DNA from: an uncultured Gammaproteobacteria bacterium
Lineage (GTDB): Bacteria; Cyanobacteriota; Vampirovibrionia; LMEP-6097
Reading direction: 5' to 3'
Assembly: GCA_964512985.1 (NCBI GenBank)
Contig: CAZELI010000004.1
Location: 17,782-81,781 of the forward strand
Length of the DNA: 64,000 bases
This document shows positions 9,534-19,981 of the stretch, piece after piece. The notes under the pieces were generated by a model. That model was not told where the DNA came from and did not search any database. It was given only the letters and a program-made list of their open reading frames with translations. How positions within the stretch are numbered: position 1 is the stretch's first letter; every line of letters starts with the position of its first letter. A program made the translations under genes and the position numbers.

Positions 9534-10649
9534 TTACCACCCCTTCATCGCCTCAACTACCTCATCTTCGCTAGTCATCAAATAACCTTGAGTAGTACTA
9601 AGATCTGAATGCCCAGCAGCGATTCTTAGATGGTTCAAAGGGCATCCCTTATTAGCATTAACGGTTATAAAAGTTCTTCTTAATCCATGTGGAGTAATCT
9701 TGACGCCTGCACTCTCAGCTAATCGGTGAATCTTTCTGGCTATAACTTGATTGTCAAATGGCTGCCCGTATCTTCCAACAAAAAAATATTCAGAGTTAAA
9801 TCGGGACCGAGCTTCTAAGTATTCGATAAGAGTATCTTTTAGTTTGTTAGTCATGCCCACAGACCTGTTCTTGTTTCCCTTGCCTAGATGTACATAAATT
9901 CTTTGTTTCTCGAAATCAACATGCTCTAACTTTAAGTTGCACATTTCAGAGTTACGCAAGCCAGTATTAGCCAGAAATATAATGATGGTTTTAGAGACTA
10001 ATTTATCGTATGGTGGATAACAAGGAATAAAATCAATAGTTTGAATAAATTTATTTAGTTCATCCTCTGTCAGAAATGTTCTCTTAGCCGGAAAAGATGG
10101 TCTCGGTCTTAAGCGTTTTAATTTTTCTAAGAAGGTTACATCCATTTGTTCAATCTCTACTAAATATTTGGAAAAACTTCTAATCGCATCATAGATATTT
10201 CTTCTAGTGCTGTAATGAGCAATGGGGACCCGACCAATCGTTTCCCGAACGTTATTAATTGATATTATGGGAGTACTAGGCCTAGGACCTAGTAAGTCTA
10301 GGTATTTGGTTATATAGAGGTGGTAAATATGAGCTGTCCTTGGTGCTATAGGCTTCCCATTGAGCTTTCCAGTAATGCACCACTCAATCCAGATATCTAT
10401 ATGCTTTAATATCTCAGCTTTACTTAATTCTTTAGTCTTACGTCTATCCCAGGCTATTTCTCCACGTCTAAGACCCTTAAAATGCTCTTGCTTCCATTCG
10501 TAGTAAGCAGCCTCTTCTATCTGATATGTATAGTGGTTATCTAGCCAAATTTGGCGTGCTGGTAAGGCGTCAGACTTACAATATCGCTGTATGGTCCTGT
10601 CGCTCAATCCTAGGTCCTTAGCAACCTCTGAAACGCTCATGTAGTGCAT
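9534..10649 (-). CDS. Tyrosine recombinase/integrase with N-terminal excisionase-like HTH
   Basis: TGLRNSE, GKGNK, PHGLRR, AGHS, TQGY catalytic set; MSVSEVAKDLGLSDRTIQRYC HTH. Confidence 0.93.
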   Translation of the reverse strand: MHYMSVSEVAKDLGLSDRTIQRYCKSDALPARQIWLDNHYTYQIEEAAYYEWKQEHFKGLRRGEIAWDRRKTKELSKAEILKHIDIWIEWCITGKLNGKPIAPRTAHIYHLYITKYLDLLGPRPSTPIISINNVRETIGRVPIAHYSTRRNIYDAIRSFSKYLVEIEQMDVTFLEKLKRLRPRPSFPAKRTFLTEDELNKFIQTIDFIPCYPPYDKLVSKTIIIFLANTGLRNSEMCNLKLEHVDFEKQRIYVHLGKGNKNRSVGMTNKLKDTLIEYLEARSRFNSEYFFVGRYGQPFDNQVIARKIHRLAESAGVKITPHGLRRTFITVNANKGCPLNHLRIAAGHSDLSTTQGYLMTSEDEVVEAMKGW

Positions 10650-10744
10650 ATTTAACTCCTTTTGTTAAGAGTTAATACGACGACATCAACGTCACCTGAA
10701 CTTTCGAGCTATTACTTAAAAGATGTCGGCTAACATTTAAAAGC

Positions 10745-10772
10745 AAAAAAAAGCACCTTGCGGCGCTCTTTT
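10745..10772 (-). terminator. Intrinsic terminator after tRNA-Lys
   Basis: GAGCGCC-GCAA-GGTGCTT followed by a T run on the - strand. Confidence 0.75.
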
Positions 10773-10783
10773 CTTTTATTAAA

Positions 10784-10860
10784 TGGTGCGTCCGGAAGGA
10801 TTTGAACCTTCGACCAATCGGTTAAAAGCCGAGTGCTCTACCAGGCTGAGCTACGGACGC
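10784..10860 (-). tRNA. tRNA-Lys(TTT)
   Basis: GCGTCCG/CGGACGC acceptor stem, anticodon loop CTTTTAA, GTTCAAATC T-loop, encoded CCA. Confidence 0.95.
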
Positions 10861-11035
10861 AAGACGAAATGATTCGCTTACATACGGACGCATGGGCGTT
10901 TCTGGTCGGTCGAAACACCAGTAAAGAAATATATCACGGAACCAAGATCTTGCCTCAAAGACTAAGTTTTATTTAGTTTTTTTGAAGATTGTTATCCATT
11001 AGGGTTTGGCTTCCTTTTAATATAGTATTACCAAT

Positions 11036-12466
11036 CTATGGCTTGATATCAGGAGTTTTGTTCGTGGTGAAGCCTGTGAAAAATTTGGAATTGCTAAACA
11101 GATAACCAAGTAACATGGCAGCAGCACTTGCAAAGAAGCCTACTAGAAGACTAGGTATGTGGACACCTAGGATTAGAACCTTATAGTGCTGAGAGTAGAA
11201 CCAGAAACCTACTCCGCATAGCATTGATAGTTCAGCACCAAGGCTGGAGCTTTGTTTAATCCAGAGACCAGAAACCATTGGCACAAATAATGCAACGAAA
11301 GTTAGCATCGACGATTCACCCACTAGCTGATAAATACTTTTATCAGAGTTTGCTAACAACACTCCGACTAGGGTCATCACAATAACGGATGTTCTGATAA
11401 GCATCAAGAAATGTTTCTCATCTAGTGTATTGATTAATGGTTTAACAATATTCTCAGCTAAGATAGTCGCTGACGCAAGTATAGAACTGCTTGCTGTACT
11501 CATGATTGCTGATAACAATGCTCCAAAGAACAGAACTTGAATAAATAATCCTTCATGCTTGGTAACAGCGTTGACGAGTATCTCTTGACCGTTACGATCA
11601 GCTAGCTCTGGATAAACTGTTACTGCCATGAGCGCAATGATAGATGGTAATAAACCAATAGTTAGATACATTCCTCCACTCATGTAACATGCTCTGACAG
11701 CGGTTTTCTCTGAGTTCGCTGACATCACTCTCTGGAAGAGGTCTTGCTGAGGAAGAGAGCCTAGTCCAATCGTAATCCATGCACAAATATATTCTAGATA
11801 GTGTTCAGCGCTTGGCTTAGGGAAGAAATCAAAGAAACCTGCCGGTTGATTACTAACTACTACACTCCAATCATCTAGTTTATAGAAGAGAGTTACTGCC
11901 ATCGCAAGCAGTCCAACTATGATCACAATGGTTTGTAAGAAGTCTGTAATAGAGATAGCTAACATACCGCCAGCGTAAGTGTAGATTAGTACTATACTTG
12001 CTCCAATGAGGACTCCGTAACCTACATCTATTCCACAGACTGTATTGAGAACTATTCCAAATGCCATGAACTGAGCAGCAGTCCAGCCAAAGTAAGACAT
12101 CATCATGAATACAGCGGCTACTATCTCTACTCGTGGACCAAAACGTTGCTTGAAAAAATCTCCTAAAGTTAAAAGATTCATACTATAAAGTGGGCGTGCA
12201 AAAAACATACCGAGAAGAATTAGACAGAGAGCTGCACCAAATGGATCTTCAATAATCCCTAAAACTCCCTTGTCGACAAACTCTGCGCTTGCACCAATAA
12301 TAGTCTCGGAACCAAACCAAGTAGCAAACAATGCAGATGCCGTTATAAACATTGGCATACGTCTACCAGCCAGGGCATAATCTTTCGAAGAATTAACAAA
12401 CTTACTAGCGATAAAACCTACTAGCAGAGTGAGCATAAGATAGAGAATAATAGATAATGTAAGCAT
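11036..12466 (-). CDS. Sodium:solute symporter family protein
   Basis: DYALAGR, ATWFGSE, QDLFQRV and SAIMSTA motifs; many TM segments. Confidence 0.9.
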   Translation of the reverse strand: MLTLSIILYLMLTLLVGFIASKFVNSSKDYALAGRRMPMFITASALFATWFGSETIIGASAEFVDKGVLGIIEDPFGAALCLILLGMFFARPLYSMNLLTLGDFFKQRFGPRVEIVAAVFMMMSYFGWTAAQFMAFGIVLNTVCGIDVGYGVLIGASIVLIYTYAGGMLAISITDFLQTIVIIVGLLAMAVTLFYKLDDWSVVVSNQPAGFFDFFPKPSAEHYLEYICAWITIGLGSLPQQDLFQRVMSANSEKTAVRACYMSGGMYLTIGLLPSIIALMAVTVYPELADRNGQEILVNAVTKHEGLFIQVLFFGALLSAIMSTASSSILASATILAENIVKPLINTLDEKHFLMLIRTSVIVMTLVGVLLANSDKSIYQLVGESSMLTFVALFVPMVSGLWIKQSSSLGAELSMLCGVGFWFYSQHYKVLILGVHIPSLLVGFFASAAAMLLGYLFSNSKFFTGFTTNKTPDIKP

Positions 12467-12682
12467 TGCTTCTGCAAATTATATAGCCAGACTTTGCTGT
12501 GGGTCAAAAGAAAATTTGTCCTTAACTTCCAGGGGTTTTTTGACCCCCTTGAAAGTGACGCAATAGGCTCGATTTGATTTGCCGGTCCCGAAAGTCTTTA
12601 TTATTCAAGGGATATCAAATAAGTTTCCAGAGGTTTTTTGACCCCTTTCGTTTCGAAGCCAAAGCTAGCATAATCTTGTGCT

Positions 12683-12934
12683 ATGGTCGATTTATTAAGG
12701 TCACTAAAGCATGAGTCAAATACACAGCAGAAGGAATATCTTGCTAATGTTTTTGTGGTTAGCGGAGGAGCCATAATGTTCACTGCTTGGCAAGAGATAT
12801 TTCCTCTAACTATGGATAGATTAAAGTCCTTTGAAACTTGCATGGAGATTAGCGCTTTAATGATTATTAGTTTGTATTTAGTATATTTAGGTTATAATAT
12901 TCAGGAAGATGTACATTATGATGATAATGCCTAA
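12683..12934 (+). CDS. Small 2-TM membrane protein
   Basis: 83 aa with two hydrophobic segments; resembles 16115-16372. Confidence 0.6.
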   Translation: MVDLLRSLKHESNTQQKEYLANVFVVSGGAIMFTAWQEIFPLTMDRLKSFETCMEISALMIISLYLVYLGYNIQEDVHYDDNA

Positions 12935-13049
12935 ACTAATTTTCTATTCTTTTTTTATTATAATTGCTATTTGGGGGACTTATGAAGTCTACTACAAAGG
13001 AAAAGGTAATCATAAACAAGGCAACAAGCCATCCATAGATAAAGCTTAG
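12918..13049 (+). CDS. Small 1-TM protein, 43 aa, not in ORF track
   Basis: MMIMPKLIFYSFFIIIAIWGTYEVYYKGKGNHKQGNKPSIDKA; AGGAAG upstream; overlaps the previous ORF. Confidence 0.5.
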   Translation: MMIMPKLIFYSFFIIIAIWGTYEVYYKGKGNHKQGNKPSIDKA

Positions 13050-13152
13050 TAGTTTAGCTTTAATTAGGATTTTAATTAATAAAGGACAATATAGTGATTC
13101 TGAAAAGAACATCGGAGAAGGCCGTTATCAATGGCTATTCAATTGTAAAAAA

Positions 13153-13227
13153 TGGCTGGGGAGGGAGGATTCGAACCCACGAATGGCGGGACCAAAACCC
13201 ACTGCCTTACCGCTTGGCGACTCCCCA
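13153..13227 (-). tRNA. tRNA-Gln(TTG)
   Basis: TGGGGAG/CTCCCCA acceptor stem, loop TTTTGGT, GTTCGAATC, CCA. Confidence 0.93.
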
Positions 13228-13324
13228 GAGTAACCATACAAACTCAGAGCAGATTCCCAAAGAAACAACTCCAGAGCTTGATATATTTAAGAATACTACA
13301 AGAACTTTACTTAATGCACTAGTA

Positions 13325-15007
13325 TTGATTATTTTTTCATTTTTATGGGAGGGGCAAGCTTTTGCTAATACTAATTATGCTGGCAAATACCAATCTCAAG
13401 TTCTTATTAGTCGTCCCACAGGTACACCTATAGAGCTTGCTAGGTTTTATCGCGATGGAATTCTATACACGAATCAAGGCCAAGTTTACTTTAATAAAGA
13501 TCGAATTGATTTATTGAATTCAGCAGAAGCTGATTTGGGCCTGAAAGTGAATGACATCTATATTGATGCTAAGGATTTTTATTTAGCTACAGATATGGGT
13601 GTGTTTCAAAACTACCGCAGAATTTTTACTAAGGAATCATGCAATCAAGTTATTAAAACATCCAATAAAATTTTCGCGGCATGTTTACGGGGCATATATT
13701 CTGCGGAACTGGAGAAGAATACTTTACAAACAGATTTTAAGTGGCAGTTAGATGAATATAGTCCGCAGAATGCTAATTTCATTATTTTAAATAAATCTCG
13801 AAACAGCGTTGCTTATGCAAGTGCTGATAATGGTTTTTATTACTATGATTCGCGCAAACATAAATGGTTTAATCGAAGTTATGGATTGAAACGAGATTTT
13901 CATGACTCGTTTGGTTTTGGTAGATTTTGGATTGATAAAGTTAGTTCGGTAATTTATTTGCCCACTAGTGGCGGAGTCTATATAAGTACTAATCAAGGAC
14001 AGAACTGGCTTAAATCCAATACTGGATTACAGTCTGATCCAGAAGGCTTCTTCACTATTAGGCAGATCACTAAGGTTGATGATCAATTATTACTGCTTAG
14101 TGCTAATGGTATCTATGTTAGTCAAGTGACTGGAGTTTTGAATTGGAAGCTAATAGATATAAACAATAGCAAGAGTGACAGTGATTATAATCCTAGTTAC
14201 TATTCAGTTGATATTGCTGATACTGATGGCAAAGAAAAACTAATGGTATCTAATTCTCAGGGGCAGATTTTTAGCCTCAGTTTAGTTCCTGTTATTAGTG
14301 GTTCCGTGACCGAAGATACAACGGAAAATACAACGAAAAACGGCAATCTTGCTGCTCCAGTGAATGATTTGGTTTTTAAGGTACTTAAGGCTGAACCAAA
14401 GATTCAAGACTTACATAGAGTTGCTTTAGAGTTTGCTGGTATACCTACTGGGCAGAAATTTAGTGCTTATAAACGACAAGCAAGAATACGTAATATTATT
14501 CCTGATCTGGATGCTTCAGTGAATAAAGCTAACCAGAATTTTTTCTCTATAGAAACCAATGCTAATGATAGTTTCAACTCTGGTACTAGTAGTATTAGTA
14601 GTGATTTTGAGAAGAATAATTTAAACCGAGATGATAATAATGTGAATACTGGAGTTAAGCTGAGTTGGAAGCTCGGTAATCTTATATATGATCCTGAAAT
14701 TAACAATATTAATACCAGTGCCAGAATCACAGCTAATGTACGAGAGAATATATTAACTGAATTAACGCAGATTTATTATGCGCGTAAAGAATTACTTTAT
14801 AGATTATTAGATGAAAGTTTTCATGATGAAATGCAGCAGCTTTTTACCGACAAGCTTAAGCTAGCTGAATATACAGCGCAGCTAGATGCCCGTACTGGTG
14901 CTTGGTTTAGTGCGGAACTTAAGAAGGGTGTGATTGCGATGCTAGATAAAAATAAGGAAGTTAACCCCATAGAGTACGAAAAGCTCTTAGCAGTTTACTC
15001 CGAATAA
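13325..15007 (+). CDS. Exported beta-propeller protein with a C-terminal helical/outer-membrane-like domain; start uncertain
   Basis: Repeated LATDMGVF / LPTSGGVYIS..G.NW blades; the ORF-track start overlaps the tRNA, so the true start is downstream. Confidence 0.7.
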   Translation: MIIFSFLWEGQAFANTNYAGKYQSQVLISRPTGTPIELARFYRDGILYTNQGQVYFNKDRIDLLNSAEADLGLKVNDIYIDAKDFYLATDMGVFQNYRRIFTKESCNQVIKTSNKIFAACLRGIYSAELEKNTLQTDFKWQLDEYSPQNANFIILNKSRNSVAYASADNGFYYYDSRKHKWFNRSYGLKRDFHDSFGFGRFWIDKVSSVIYLPTSGGVYISTNQGQNWLKSNTGLQSDPEGFFTIRQITKVDDQLLLLSANGIYVSQVTGVLNWKLIDINNSKSDSDYNPSYYSVDIADTDGKEKLMVSNSQGQIFSLSLVPVISGSVTEDTTENTTKNGNLAAPVNDLVFKVLKAEPKIQDLHRVALEFAGIPTGQKFSAYKRQARIRNIIPDLDASVNKANQNFFSIETNANDSFNSGTSSISSDFEKNNLNRDDNNVNTGVKLSWKLGNLIYDPEINNINTSARITANVRENILTELTQIYYARKELLYRLLDESFHDEMQQLFTDKLKLAEYTAQLDARTGAWFSAELKKGVIAMLDKNKEVNPIEYEKLLAVYSE

Positions 15008-15023
15008 AATAAAAGGAAAAGAA

Positions 15024-16115
15024 ATGAAAAAGAAAAATCATATTATACTGTTGCTATTCTTGATTTTAGTATCATCTGTTGTTATGGTACAAGCTCGTAA
15101 GCGTCATCCGATTCCTGATCCTATTGTTAATGGTTTTGATGCTACGCAGATTAGTCCTGGCAATATAGTTGCTGTTCGGGGACAGGGATTTATTAAGGGC
15201 TGGCCAGAAGCGCATCAAGTATGGCTTATAGATTCAGACTTAAATTACATAAGGGTTCGTGTACTTGCTGCTACTGCTACGGAATTACAAATCCTAATAC
15301 CAAATGATATTGCGCTAGGTGATTATGATCTATCAGTAAAAATTCAAACCAAATTACTTGCTAGTCGTAAATCCCAAGCTCCTCAACCATTATTAATCAG
15401 ACCAGTTGCGCCAGCTAGCCCTAAATTAAACTATGATGTCATTGCCGAGTTGCATGAATTTGATGAATTACTTACTGAGACAGCTTCTCAGGGGCATGAA
15501 CTATTCTATGAGCTTGATGATGATATCAAGATAGGTATAAATCAGGTGAGGGCTTATTATACACAAGATTCATATCGTAGTATTAAGAGCGAACCCGTTA
15601 GTTTTCATTATTTACCTAAGTCAGATTTTGAAAATCAACTCAATATAGAATCTGAGTCACCGCTTAAATCTTTTGCCATAAGTAAAAGTGATTTGCTTGA
15701 AAACGGTTCTAGGATTAGTTATGATGTTAGCCCTATTACCCAGAAAGAAACAGAAGACTTATCTAAGAGTTTTTACTTACATACTCCTTTAGAGCCAAGG
15801 TATTTAGAGCGCACTATTAAACTTAAGCCCTTATTTATTGAAGCAATTCATGTTCTAGAACCAGAAGCTGCAATTATTCGTAATCGTTCTAATAAGGATT
15901 TGGGCTTTAGCAAGTGCAGTCTCTCAGATAGTCTTAAAGAGTATTTTAAATTCACTACAGAGAAAGTTCTCGCTCATAGTTCTATTACCATTAATAAAAA
16001 CCTAGGATTAAACAATACCACTCCTGATAGCCTGATCTTCACTTGTAATGGTGAAATTCTAGATCAGTTTGATTACGATAAGGTTGATGCAGCTGGCTTG
16101 GGGATTAGGATATAG
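15024..16115 (+). CDS. Exported protein with IPT/TIG-like and lamin-tail-like domains
   Basis: Signal peptide; PGNIVAVRGQGF; C-terminal LNNTTPDSL..GEILDQFDY. Confidence 0.65.
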   Translation: MKKKNHIILLLFLILVSSVVMVQARKRHPIPDPIVNGFDATQISPGNIVAVRGQGFIKGWPEAHQVWLIDSDLNYIRVRVLAATATELQILIPNDIALGDYDLSVKIQTKLLASRKSQAPQPLLIRPVAPASPKLNYDVIAELHEFDELLTETASQGHELFYELDDDIKIGINQVRAYYTQDSYRSIKSEPVSFHYLPKSDFENQLNIESESPLKSFAISKSDLLENGSRISYDVSPITQKETEDLSKSFYLHTPLEPRYLERTIKLKPLFIEAIHVLEPEAAIIRNRSNKDLGFSKCSLSDSLKEYFKFTTEKVLAHSSITINKNLGLNNTTPDSLIFTCNGEILDQFDYDKVDAAGLGIRI

Positions 16116-16372
16116 TGAAGAACTTTGTAAAAGAGCAGTCATTTCGCTATATGGCGACAATTTGCCAGATTGCTGGAATAGCCTGCTCTTCAGGGCTGGC
16201 ATCTACAGCACATGAAGTAATTATTAGTGGAGATCTGGGAAAGCTGGATATTCAGTCACCTAGTTTTAGATATAGTTGTATAATGTCAATTATTGGGATT
16301 GTATTACTTGTGCTTGGGTGGTATATAATGTATATCCTTGATAAGGATAAGTCAGATTTAGGAGATCAATAA
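16115..16372 (+). CDS. Small 2-TM membrane protein
   Basis: 85 aa with two hydrophobic segments. Confidence 0.6.
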   Translation: MKNFVKEQSFRYMATICQIAGIACSSGLASTAHEVIISGDLGKLDIQSPSFRYSCIMSIIGIVLLVLGWYIMYILDKDKSDLGDQ

Positions 16373-16373
16373 T

Positions 16374-16508
16374 ATGGAAACAGTAATTAATTGGATAGCT
16401 TTTTTATTTCCAATGGTTTTTTTGATAATGCTGATTTCAGTTTTAGTTTTCACTCCTTGGGAAAACTTAGGTAAGAAGAAAAAACAAGACATCATTATGC
16501 TGTCTTAG
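16374..16508 (+). CDS. Small 1-TM protein, 44 aa, not in ORF track
   Basis: AGGAGA RBS; [44 protein letters not shown]. Confidence 0.55.
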   Translation: METVINWIAFLFPMVFLIMLISVLVFTPWENLGKKKKQDIIMLS

Positions 16509-17832
16509 TTTGAGGCTTAGTTTTAACAGTCTCAGCAGTTTCTATAGCTTTCTTCGCATCCATAGGAATTACTTCAGCTAAGTTAACATTGTCAACCATT
16601 GCTTGAGTAATAGTAACTTTCTTAATGTCTTTCTGTGAAGGGATTTCGTACATCATATCTTTCATTATTGTTTCTACGATACTGCGTAAGGCTCTTGCAC
16701 CCATCTTACGTTTCTGAGCTTTATGAGCGATGGCTTCTATGGCAGCTTCTTCAAACTCTAGTTCTACACCATCCATTTCCAGTAATTTTTTATATTGTTT
16801 AATAAGAGAACTTTTAGGCTTAGTTAGTATAAGTTTAAGAGTTTCTATATCTGGTGCTTCTAGGTTGCTTACTATCGGCATCCTACCGACAAACTCTGGA
16901 ATTAATCCGTAATGTACTAAATCTTCTGCTTCTACGTATTTAAAAGATTCCGTTAAACGTTTAGCACTCTCGTCTTCAGTTGGGCTTAGCGAGCCAAAGC
17001 CAACAGTAGCCTGGGATTTCATACGACGCTTATCTATGATCTTCTCTAGCCCCACAAACGCACCACCACAAATAAATAATATATTATGCGTGTTCATTTC
17101 TATCATATCCATCTGTGGATGTTTACGATTGCCATGTGCAGGAATATTTGCTTTAGTACCTTCTATGAGTTTGAGTAAAGCCTGCTGTACACCTTCTCCT
17201 GATACGTCTCTAGTGATAGAAGGATTTTCAGACTTGCGCGATATTTTATCGATCTCATCAATATAGACTATGCCTTTCTCTGCTTTCTCTAAATTGCTAC
17301 CAGCGTTTTGATAAAGTCTCTGAAGAATATTCTCAGCATCATCACCGACGTATCCAGCTTCGGTGATAGTTGTAGCATCAGCTATTGCAAAGGGCACATT
17401 TAAGAATCTAGCGAGAGTTTCAACGATATGAGTCTTGCCACTACCAGTAGGTCCAATAAGTAGAATATTAGACTTCTGGATTTCTACATCGCCATTCTTC
17501 TTATTACCAAAGTTATGAAAAATCCTCTTGTAATGGTTGTAAACTGCAACCGCAAGGGTCTTTTTAGCTTCATTACTACCAATTACGTAGTCATCTAAAT
17601 TAGTTTTGATCTCTTTAGGAGTAGGGATTTTTTGTGAATCAAATATATCTGAACTGGTAGCTTCCTCTTCGATTAGATCTGGATTAATACCTTCGTCAAT
17701 TAATATTTCATTACATAGATGAATACATTCATCACATATATAGATGCCAGGGCCTGCAATCAGTTTTAAGACCTGGTCCTGTGTTTTACCACAAAATGAG
17801 CACTGTAGTAATGGGGCGTCTTTCTTTGGCAT
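16495..17832 (-). CDS. clpX: ATP-dependent Clp protease ATP-binding subunit
   Basis: CSFCGK zinc finger, [29 protein letters not shown]. Confidence 0.98.
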   Translation of the reverse strand: MPKKDAPLLQCSFCGKTQDQVLKLIAGPGIYICDECIHLCNEILIDEGINPDLIEEEATSSDIFDSQKIPTPKEIKTNLDDYVIGSNEAKKTLAVAVYNHYKRIFHNFGNKKNGDVEIQKSNILLIGPTGSGKTHIVETLARFLNVPFAIADATTITEAGYVGDDAENILQRLYQNAGSNLEKAEKGIVYIDEIDKISRKSENPSITRDVSGEGVQQALLKLIEGTKANIPAHGNRKHPQMDMIEMNTHNILFICGGAFVGLEKIIDKRRMKSQATVGFGSLSPTEDESAKRLTESFKYVEAEDLVHYGLIPEFVGRMPIVSNLEAPDIETLKLILTKPKSSLIKQYKKLLEMDGVELEFEEAAIEAIAHKAQKRKMGARALRSIVETIMKDMMYEIPSQKDIKKVTITQAMVDNVNLAEVIPMDAKKAIETAETVKTKPQTKTA

Positions 17833-17900
17833 TAGTGATATTAATTATAGTACAGATTAATTAAACGTAACTACTCACCCATTTAAATAATATTTTCTAT

Positions 17901-18046
17901 TAAAAATCCTTCAGACCAGGATGGGAAGGGGTTCCGCCGCTTCGCGGCGTTTGCGCTGCGCGCGGCGGAATGAAAGAAATTATTTAGCAGTCCGCAGGAC
18001 GAACCGCGCCGAAGGCGCGTAACCACAAGAAAAAATGAAATTTAGA
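17901..18046 (+). repeat. Palindromic repeat family B, copy 1
   Basis: GTTCCGCCGCTTCGCGGCG...GTCCGCAGGAC...GCGCCGAAGGCGC, shared with copies at 34094, 35537 and 27611. Confidence 0.9.
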
Positions 18047-18742
18047 CTAATTATTACCAGCGTCTATATCAGTAGGTCTTTTCACTACAACTTGATCAAT
18101 TAGACCATATTCTTTCGCTTGAGTTGGAGTCATGATGTTGTCACGATCAGTGTCTTTTTCGACTCTGTCGTAAGGTTGACCACAATTATCAGCCAGCACT
18201 TGATTTAACATTTTTTTCAACCTAAGAATTTCTTTTGCTTGAATTTCGATATCAGAAGCTTGCCCTTGAGCGCCACCTAGAGGTTGGTGAATAAGAATTC
18301 TAGAGTGAGGTAATGCCATACGTTTACCTTTTTGACCAGAACTTAATAAGAATGCTCCCATACTTGCGCATTGTCCAAGGCAGATAGTAACTATATCCGC
18401 GCGCACATGTTGCATAGTGTCGTACATTGCTAAACCTGCAGTAACTGAACCGCCTGGACTATTAATATAGAAATAAATATCCTTAGAAGCATCTTCTGAA
18501 TCTAATAAAAGAAGTTGTCCAACGATGATACTTGATACTACATCGTTTACTTCTGATGTGAGGAATACTATTCTCTCTCTGAGTAACCTTGAAAACAAAT
18601 CAAAACTTCTCTCACCGCGCGGTGTAGTTTCTATAACGCTAGGCACATATGAATAAACATCAAAGGGGTTTGGTAATCTCAAATCCTGTGTTATTGCTCT
18701 TATGTCAGCTTTAGTCTCAATCTTAATATCTTTGTATTCCAT
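18047..18742 (-). CDS. clpP: Clp protease proteolytic subunit
   Basis: [28 protein letters not shown]. Confidence 0.98.
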   Translation of the reverse strand: MEYKDIKIETKADIRAITQDLRLPNPFDVYSYVPSVIETTPRGERSFDLFSRLLRERIVFLTSEVNDVVSSIIVGQLLLLDSEDASKDIYFYINSPGGSVTAGLAMYDTMQHVRADIVTICLGQCASMGAFLLSSGQKGKRMALPHSRILIHQPLGGAQGQASDIEIQAKEILRLKKMLNQVLADNCGQPYDRVEKDTDRDNIMTPTQAKEYGLIDQVVVKRPTDIDAGNN

Positions 18743-18822
18743 AGTTAAAAATGTACCACAAATCTACTAACTAATCACAAGGCTGAAAATGACGTTGTAT
18801 TATTAATATCACCTTCCTTATT

Positions 18823-19980
18823 ATGTCTTTACTCTCACGAAAAATTAACGAACATTTAGAAAAGAATTTTATTGCTTTTCATAGTCCCGCTCATGCCGGT
18901 TCTCTTAATCCTCGTGATTTAACAGAGTTAGATGGTTTAGACGATTTGCAATATCCAGAGTCAGTATTAAAAGAGTCTCAAGAGTTTGTAGCTAATTTGT
19001 TTGGAGCGAAAGCAAGTTACTTTTTGATTAATGGAGCGAGTGTGGGTATGCAAGCTGCTTGCATTGCTCTGAAAATATATCTCAATTCTATAAACGATAA
19101 GCGTCCAGTTTTAGTCGCTCGTAATGTACATAAATCAGTGATTGCAGGAATCATTCTTGCTGGGCTAGAGATAGAGTGGTTAGAGCCAGAGTGGCGTGCA
19201 GACTTAGGACTCTTTACCGCCATTGCGTGGAATTATATAAAAACTCATTCAGCTTTGATTATTACTAACCCCACTTACGAAGGCTTCTATAGTGAGATCC
19301 CAGAGCTTGATATTCCCCTAATAGTAGATGAGGCACATGGAGCGCATTATCACTTCTCTGATCAACTTCCCAAGCCAGCTTTAGCATATGGTGCTGACGT
19401 CGTGGTGCAATCTTGGCATAAGACCCTCGGAAGCTTGACACAGACTGGAGTGATGCATATTTCTTATAATTCCAAAATCTCAGCAATCTTAGTGCAAGAT
19501 GCTTTGAGATTACTGCAAACTACTAGTCCTAGTTATTTATTAATGGAGAGTATAACTAAAGTAGCAGAGCTTTATGCTCAGCGTGGTACCGAGATAGTAG
19601 AACGTACTATTGAATTGAGTAAGAGTATAGAAGTTTCTGGTCGCGTTTTAAACAATGATCCATATCGTTTATTAATTCAAGGACCAGGTTATAAGATAGA
19701 AGAATTATTGAAAGAGCATAATATTCTTATCGAAGCCTCTGGCACTAATTATGCATTGGCTTTTATTAACCCTGGTCACAAATTTGACGAAGTGAAAAGT
19801 GTGACACTTCTTAAATCAGAAATAGAAACATTAATCCAAGAGCATAAATTAGAACCTATTTCTAAACCAGAATTTACCAAACAAAATGATTCTATTCGAG
19901 AAGCCTTCTTTAGTGGAGATACTGAAATATATGCACCATGCCCGCCAGGGATAGCGCTGAGGGTGCCAGGGCAGAATTAA
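18823..19980 (+). CDS. PLP-dependent Orn/Lys/Arg decarboxylase family protein
   Basis: FHSPAH, VARNVHKS, VDEAHGAH, QSWHKTL, TTSPSY. Confidence 0.9.
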   Translation: MSLLSRKINEHLEKNFIAFHSPAHAGSLNPRDLTELDGLDDLQYPESVLKESQEFVANLFGAKASYFLINGASVGMQAACIALKIYLNSINDKRPVLVARNVHKSVIAGIILAGLEIEWLEPEWRADLGLFTAIAWNYIKTHSALIITNPTYEGFYSEIPELDIPLIVDEAHGAHYHFSDQLPKPALAYGADVVVQSWHKTLGSLTQTGVMHISYNSKISAILVQDALRLLQTTSPSYLLMESITKVAELYAQRGTEIVERTIELSKSIEVSGRVLNNDPYRLLIQGPGYKIEELLKEHNILIEASGTNYALAFINPGHKFDEVKSVTLLKSEIETLIQEHKLEPISKPEFTKQNDSIREAFFSGDTEIYAPCPPGIALRVPGQN

Positions 19981-19981
19981 A

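Larger units (their letters stand above)
1..10783. mobile_element. Genomic island integrated at the 3' end of tRNA-Lys; left boundary outside the window
   Basis: Tyrosine integrase next to the tRNA 3' end; orphan accessory cargo; visibly more AT-rich; housekeeping genes resume beyond the tRNA. Confidence 0.8.

Noticed and set aside
10852-10892. 10-nt duplication TACGGACGCA of the tRNA-Lys 5' end
   Set aside because: Too short and at the wrong end of the tRNA to be the att site; no second att copy was seen in the window
13094-13324. N-terminal extension of the 637-aa ORF (GWGGRIRTHEWRDQNPLPYRLATP)
   Set aside because: It is the antisense translation of tRNA-Gln; the true start must be downstream
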